From positions 64,001 to 128,000 of the forward strand of contig JAZQAZ010000023.1 in assembly GCA_045545475.1 (NCBI GenBank): 64,000 bases of DNA. The letters run 5' to 3'. Source of the DNA: Clostridia bacterium (GTDB taxonomy: Bacteria > Bacillota > Clostridia > CAKSNL01 > HGM11501). The notes under the pieces are model-generated. The model was not told where the DNA came from. It made no database searches and saw nothing but the letters and a program-made list of their open reading frames with translations. Each line of letters begins with the position of its first letter. Positions within the stretch are counted from its first letter, which is position 1. The translations under genes were made by a program, and so were the position numbers. This document shows positions 59,232 to 64,000 of this stretch, piece by piece.

Positions 59232-59813
59232 CTAAATACCCCCACTATTTTATCAGTTTTTGCATCAAAATCTTCTTTGGAGAAGATAGTATTAACTTTG
59301 CCATCTTCATTCAAATATGCTGCACCATCCAAAGAATAATAATTGATGTGTTTTCCATCCCATTTGTTTCTCGTAATGCTGCATTTTGCCGATGCAATAT
59401 ATTTCTTCGCATCATCAATTGTGCATCCATGATTAAATGCATGGTCATTTAAAGCTTCAAGACCACTAATATCAATCTGCAATGGCGGAACTCTAATAAT
59501 TCCAAATTCGCCTATATTTTTTATTTTGATATAAAGTTTATAATCCGTTTCAGTTGCATCAGGAACTCTCTGTTTATAATCCTTATAAGTTTCTGCATTT
59601 AACTTTTCATATATATGATTTTTTTCTTCTTCCATTATACCACTTTCCCCGATGCTGTCAAGATAGTCGGTGGCTTCGATTAAGAGTTCTAAGTCCTGTC
59701 TGTTGCCGTTCTTCCGCTGCTCAAGACCATATTCGTATGCTTCTACTTCCTTTTCTCCGTCATACTGCAATCCCGTTGTACGGCTCACCGCAACTGATAT
59801 ATCCTCCGCATTT
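59228..59813 (-). pseudogene. Orphan polymorphic-toxin C-terminal module (putative BECR-fold nuclease)
   Basis: First ~60 codons duplicate the pre-tip region of ORF 60358; diverges after LDSIGESGIM; no ATG before the homology arm and no well-spaced RBS. Confidence 0.8.
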
Positions 59814-59814
59814 T

Positions 59815-59908
59815 GAGATTCTTCGGTTTTTGGCGTTTTGCCAAAACGCCTGTACCTCAGAATGACATACGGAAGAACAGCGTCCTATTAGTCACGAGGA
59901 AGAATCTC
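59815..59908. repeat. GAGATTCTTCG...CTCAGAATGAC-type palindromic element
   Basis: GAGATTCTTCG, inner hairpin GGCGTTTTG-C-CAAAACGCC, CTCAGAATGAC; GAAGAATCTC at 59899-59908. Confidence 0.6.
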
Positions 59909-59942
59909 TATAGGGTTCGACATCTATGGCGAACCGCAAAAC

Positions 59943-59969
59943 AAAAAGGACGCAGGATGCGTCCTTTTT
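59943..59969 (-). terminator. Terminator after the toxin-immunity pair
   Basis: AAAAAGGACGCA-GGA-TGCGTCCTTTTT. Confidence 0.85.
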
Positions 59970-59999
59970 TGCCATTAAAATCAATTATATCTTATTCAA

Positions 60000-60365
60000 C
60001 TAATTAATTTTTACTGCAATTGATTTGCACCCCCTCTGTATAGCCTCTTCAAACCAAGAACAGAGCAAATCATATACTGCATATGTTTCTTTGAAGTCAA
60101 ATTCTTTAACTTTATAGCTAATTAAATCCTTAGCATATTCATACAGATTTGTAACAAAACCTTCTCCCTCTGTATCGAATGCCCCTTCACACTGGTTGTA
60201 ATCTCTTGTAAACCCAATCCAGCCTCTGCCATCATCTGGAGGATTCCCAAATATATCGTCCCAAAACCCGTCCCAAATATGTAAAATTTCCATATTAATA
60301 TCTTTTGCGCATAATATAATTTCGGGTTCACCCTCGTAACCATCATAATACTTATAATTATTCAT
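60000..60365 (-). CDS. Cognate immunity protein of the upstream toxin
   Basis: Small and acidic; start MNNYK overlaps the toxin 3' end; YYDGYEGEPEI, HIWDG, GWIGFTRDYNQ. Confidence 0.75.
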   Translation of the reverse strand: MNNYKYYDGYEGEPEIILCAKDINMEILHIWDGFWDDIFGNPPDDGRGWIGFTRDYNQCEGAFDTEGEGFVTNLYEYAKDLISYKVKEFDFKETYAVYDLLCSWFEEAIQRGCKSIAVKIN

Positions 60366-63300
60366 CTTTCCTGTGTCCATTATCTAACCACTCCTTTTGC
60401 TGTTTTGTCGCTGTTCCGTTATGACGTGCATTTATAGCTTTTCTCCACTCGCTCTTAGCAATCCATAAGTTTTTGCCTACTAATACCTCTTTTACTGCAC
60501 CGCGATGATTTTCACCGTAGCCAATTCCGGGAATCCTTCTTTCCACAACCCAGGAAATGCCTTGTTCCTTCGGTGCTCCCGGAGTTCTGGTATGCCATCT
60601 GCTCGTATATTTATAGCCATCTCTTTCCCATGTGTACTTTATTTGGTTATATCCGTTTTTCTCTTGTATATCATATGTTGCATTTTCCGGAATTTCAACA
60701 GGTGAGCGCTTTGCTATTTCTCTCGCATTTTTCTCCAGATATTCAATACTCGGAATTTCTTTTGACGATTGTCTTTCTTCACCTTTCATTATACCACTTT
60801 CCCCAATGCTGTCAAGATAGTCGGTGGCTTCGATTAAGAGTTCTAAGTCCTGTCCGTTGCCGTTCTTCCGCTGCTCTAAGCCATATTCGTATGCCTCTAC
60901 TTCCTTTTCTCCGTCATACTGCATCCCTTTCGCTTGGCTTGCCGCAACTGATATATCTTCTGCTTTTGCTCCCGCTTTGGCAAATATCCTCTCCGTTGCT
61001 GACATATTCCTTACCCTTGATGAGGCTTTTGCACTATACGGCTTTCTTACCACATTGGAATAATAATCGCCAAAGGTCATTTTCCCTGTCATTTCCACTT
61101 GCTCTTGCACTTCTGACTTGCCGTTAGTGTTATCGGAATATGTAGTTTTCGCTCCTTCCGGGCTTGTCTGCTGTACGGTTTCCGTTTCACTTATTCCCAA
61201 AAGCCAGTTATATGACTCTGCATCTATGGTGCCTTCCTCAAACATAGTTACCGCAAGCTCTCCGACATCGGCATTTGTGACCTTTTGCCCGGATTCTGCC
61301 TTTTCCACAAGCTTATTCACCTTTTGCCTTGTCTCGGTTTCCTTTGGCATTGACTTTGCGTACTCTATCAATTCATTCGCTTTTCCGCCTTCGGTTATTG
61401 CTTTTCCCACACTTGTGTTGCTGTTGTACTGTATACTTGCATCTGCTCCCCCGAAGAACAAACCTGATACAAAGCCGGATAAAGTTTCCATTCCTACTTC
61501 TCCTGCCATATCAACATATGCCATTCCGCTTGCTTCTTCATAGCTGAATCCTTCGCTCATATAACCTCTGACAAGCTTGTTAAACTGACTTTCTCCACCC
61601 ATCGTTACATTGTCTGTAACGATATTGGCAAGACTTGTACAAAATTCTTCCGACGCTTCAATTCCTCCCTGCTTAAGTATGGTCATAAATACATCGGTAA
61701 GGCTTTCTACAACTTTTGACTTAAAGAGGTTATCTATGCCTATTTTTTCAAATGCCGCTTCAAAAATACCTGCAGATATTCCTTTAATCAATATCTGACT
61801 GTTGCTTCCTCCATCTATAGCTGTCTTTCGCCCTTCAGAAACCGCCGCATTCATTCCTAGAAATGCAACTCCGGCACCGCCCATCGGCATAACTGCTGCA
61901 GAATCCGCAATACTCATTCCCGTGTTGTACACAAAATTCCAAAAGGGATTTTCTATGTTTTCGCTTGTTGTTCCTCTGACAGCCTCGGAAGTGTACTGTG
62001 ATTTAAAGCCAAGAGCGTAAGGATCAAAACGCTCTTCGCCCACCGATTCGGTTAAAAATGTGCCAAATGCTTTAGGTGCATTTACCAGATTAGAAACAAC
62101 TGTTTCGGCGTTGGCCCCAAAAGGATTCTTTATAGCTTTTTCACGTGCTTTTTCGGTTTCTTTTTCGTATATCCGCTTGTTTAGTTCAGGTTCTAATGCC
62201 CTTAAATATAACGTACATTTCGAATATCCTCCGGTATTTTCTTTTGGACTTAGCAAAGCATAATAACGGAATATATTTTTCTCCTCTTCTGTCATTTCTG
62301 CTATTCTTTCAGCCCATTCTTCATAATAGGACGTATCAGTAGAATAAGATGCTAACGATACATCAGCAATTACATTGTTTATGTCTGCATGTCCGTTAAT
62401 TATATCAAGAACCCATACATCATCAGGTGTGCCGAAATAACTACCGCTGTCCATAAGTCTTTTACGCTTATCTGCTATTATCCTTAGGTAAGCGGGGTCT
62501 TCTTTTGCCGGAGTTTCAAACTCTGCAATAAATTCCCTCTGCTTTGCTTCGTCTGCCAAGCCCTTCCAATAGTTCTGCTCTTCCGAAAAGCTTCTTGCTG
62601 CATTGAGCCTGGCCTGAACTGTCCCTGCACTGACACCCAATTTCACAGAATTAGGTGTAGCAATTCCATTCCCGGAATAATGCCGTACATATCTCCACGC
62701 CTCATCCGCCTTCTCTCCGGCATTATCTGCTTTCCACCTAAGCACTTTTTCGTTTGATGTTTCATATCCTTTACCTTTGAGATATTCATACTCCTCCAGA
62801 AGGTCTGTATTGCCCGTAACGGCATATTCCTCCCACAGTTTGCTTGATGCGTTTCTGTAGCCCTCATGGTTCAAACCCGCATACTTTTCCTCAAATCCCT
62901 TTTCCGATGGGATGTATGTAATATCCTGTTCTTTTTTTGTTTCTTTCTGCGTTTTTTCTTTGTCTTCCGCTTTCTTTTTCTCCACAAAATACCCCATAGA
63001 TTTATTAGCTGAAAGCGGCTCATTAAAATTCACCGGAGAATGACTTGTTGTTTTGTTATCAAACTTTGTTACCGTCCCGGAAGCCTTAGTTTTTATGACC
63101 TTTTCATCTGCATTTTTTTCCTTAGTAACAGGAACATTAAATACATCGGAGTATGACCTTTTCCACGGAGATTTTTCTTCTGCAGTTTCCTTTTCCTCCG
63201 TATTTACAGAAGTGGCATTTGTCTTTCTTCTTTTAGCACCTTCCTCATACCATAAAGCGTTGTTTTTTCCCGAGGAAAAGGAAGACTCCTTATTCTCCGA

Positions 63301-63381
63301 CGCCTCCTTTTCATACGAAGAATTGCTTTTTCGTCTTTTGTACCCTTCCGTATAATCCTCTGTTCTGACTTTTATACCCAT
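60358..63381 (-). CDS. Polymorphic toxin: large helical N-terminus plus C-terminal putative RNase (tentatively Ntox30-like)
   Basis: RBS AAGGAGG; Gly/Ala-rich hydrophobic helices; tip with SPVEIP, GYNQIKYTW, RWHTRTPGAP, terminal GH; followed by an immunity gene and an orphan tip. Confidence 0.75.
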   Translation of the reverse strand: MGIKVRTEDYTEGYKRRKSNSSYEKEASENKESSFSSGKNNALWYEEGAKRRKTNATSVNTEEKETAEEKSPWKRSYSDVFNVPVTKEKNADEKVIKTKASGTVTKFDNKTTSHSPVNFNEPLSANKSMGYFVEKKKAEDKEKTQKETKKEQDITYIPSEKGFEEKYAGLNHEGYRNASSKLWEEYAVTGNTDLLEEYEYLKGKGYETSNEKVLRWKADNAGEKADEAWRYVRHYSGNGIATPNSVKLGVSAGTVQARLNAARSFSEEQNYWKGLADEAKQREFIAEFETPAKEDPAYLRIIADKRKRLMDSGSYFGTPDDVWVLDIINGHADINNVIADVSLASYSTDTSYYEEWAERIAEMTEEEKNIFRYYALLSPKENTGGYSKCTLYLRALEPELNKRIYEKETEKAREKAIKNPFGANAETVVSNLVNAPKAFGTFLTESVGEERFDPYALGFKSQYTSEAVRGTTSENIENPFWNFVYNTGMSIADSAAVMPMGGAGVAFLGMNAAVSEGRKTAIDGGSNSQILIKGISAGIFEAAFEKIGIDNLFKSKVVESLTDVFMTILKQGGIEASEEFCTSLANIVTDNVTMGGESQFNKLVRGYMSEGFSYEEASGMAYVDMAGEVGMETLSGFVSGLFFGGADASIQYNSNTSVGKAITEGGKANELIEYAKSMPKETETRQKVNKLVEKAESGQKVTNADVGELAVTMFEEGTIDAESYNWLLGISETETVQQTSPEGAKTTYSDNTNGKSEVQEQVEMTGKMTFGDYYSNVVRKPYSAKASSRVRNMSATERIFAKAGAKAEDISVAASQAKGMQYDGEKEVEAYEYGLEQRKNGNGQDLELLIEATDYLDSIGESGIMKGEERQSSKEIPSIEYLEKNAREIAKRSPVEIPENATYDIQEKNGYNQIKYTWERDGYKYTSRWHTRTPGAPKEQGISWVVERRIPGIGYGENHRGAVKEVLVGKNLWIAKSEWRKAINARHNGTATKQQKEWLDNGHRKDE

Positions 63382-63421
63382 ATTAAGAAATTCCCCTCCT
63401 TGCATAGCTTAAGCTTTATTC

Positions 63422-64000
63422 TTAATAGTCAAACAGAGAAACTCCGGTATCCTTTTGTATCCATTCGTTTTTACTGTCGTTATATTGAAATCCGTAATCC
63501 GCAAGAATATCTATGTATTTATTGGAAAGTGCCCTGCCACTCTGATTGGATATGATAACGGCACTCATTGCCGCACTCAAGTCACCGGTTTCCTCTCCGC
63601 TGTAAGTTTTTGTTATAGCTGTACCGTCATAATAAAGTGTGCCGTTTTCATAGTCATAGCCATTATTTATAAGAAGCAGTATATCATCCTCCTCAAGTTC
63701 GTTTCCTGCAAGATAATTTGTCATCGCTCTGTCATAAGGAGTACTTCCGCCCCAGCGATAATAGCCTTTTTCATCAAATATCATGCCCGATAGATCGTCA
63801 TAATCATATCCGTATTCCTGAAGCACAAGCTGATTTTCCGGTTCCATCTCGTCCCATCCGTTGCTCTCATAGTCATTATACGCAAGCTGTAATTCATCAT
63901 ACTGCATATATGACTTTTCCACTATTTTGCCATCCTTGTAAAGGAGCCCGTTTTTAAATACATATTCTCCGCTATCTTCAATACGCATCTTTTCCGAAGC
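63422..64000 (-). CDS. Acidic Tyr-rich hypothetical protein, probably 5'-truncated by the window edge
   Basis: Frame is open to position 64000; recurring L..(Y/N)G(Y/F).Y motifs; co-oriented 40 bp upstream of the toxin. Confidence 0.6.
   Translation of the reverse strand, partial: ASEKMRIEDSGEYVFKNGLLYKDGKIVEKSYMQYDELQLAYNDYESNGWDEMEPENQLVLQEYGYDYDDLSGMIFDEKGYYRWGGSTPYDRAMTNYLAGNELEEDDILLLINNGYDYENGTLYYDGTAITKTYSGEETGDLSAAMSAVIISNQSGRALSNKYIDILADYGFQYNDSKNEWIQKDTGVSLFDY

Noticed and set aside
59554-61127. Plus-strand ORFs sharing LYHFP.CCQDSRWLRLRVLSPV
   Set aside because: Antisense shadows of the toxin homology arm
56179-64000. Prophage call
   Set aside because: No integrase, terminase, portal, capsid or lysis genes within the window

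Overview
Chromosomal segment from an anaerobic Clostridia-like Firmicute; no rRNA, tRNA, CRISPR array, integrase or transposase was recognised. Left to right: a multi-CBM32 protein and a secreted GH99/GH71-like glycosidase; an AraC gene divergent from an unusual operon (U32-family Fe-S protein, three tandem QueG/RdhA-like 4Fe-4S paralogs, DUF5696-like glycosidase); fbp; potABC without potD; a sialidase-like/DapA-like pair; a long housekeeping run (pyrH-frr-uppS-cdsA-dxr-rseP-nusB-xseAB-ispA-PAP2-dgt-dnaG-rpoD-trmK) with a structured 126-bp tandem repeat behind rpoD; fba, tspO, gatCAB and a sugar ABC transporter. The most striking signal is at 44.7-48.1 kb and 56.2-63.4 kb. Immunity-like genes there often still carry a 15-46 codon tail of their former upstream gene (GH-E nuclease and amidase tails are recognisable). 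They are delimited by a 27-bp imperfect palindrome, GACAAAAAAGGTACGTCCCCTTTTGTC, and one array sits behind a duplicated 51-bp promoter. The same region holds a polymorphic toxin with a phage-virion-like N-terminus and a silent orphan toxin-tip module. All family assignments come from reading motifs by eye, not from database searches.
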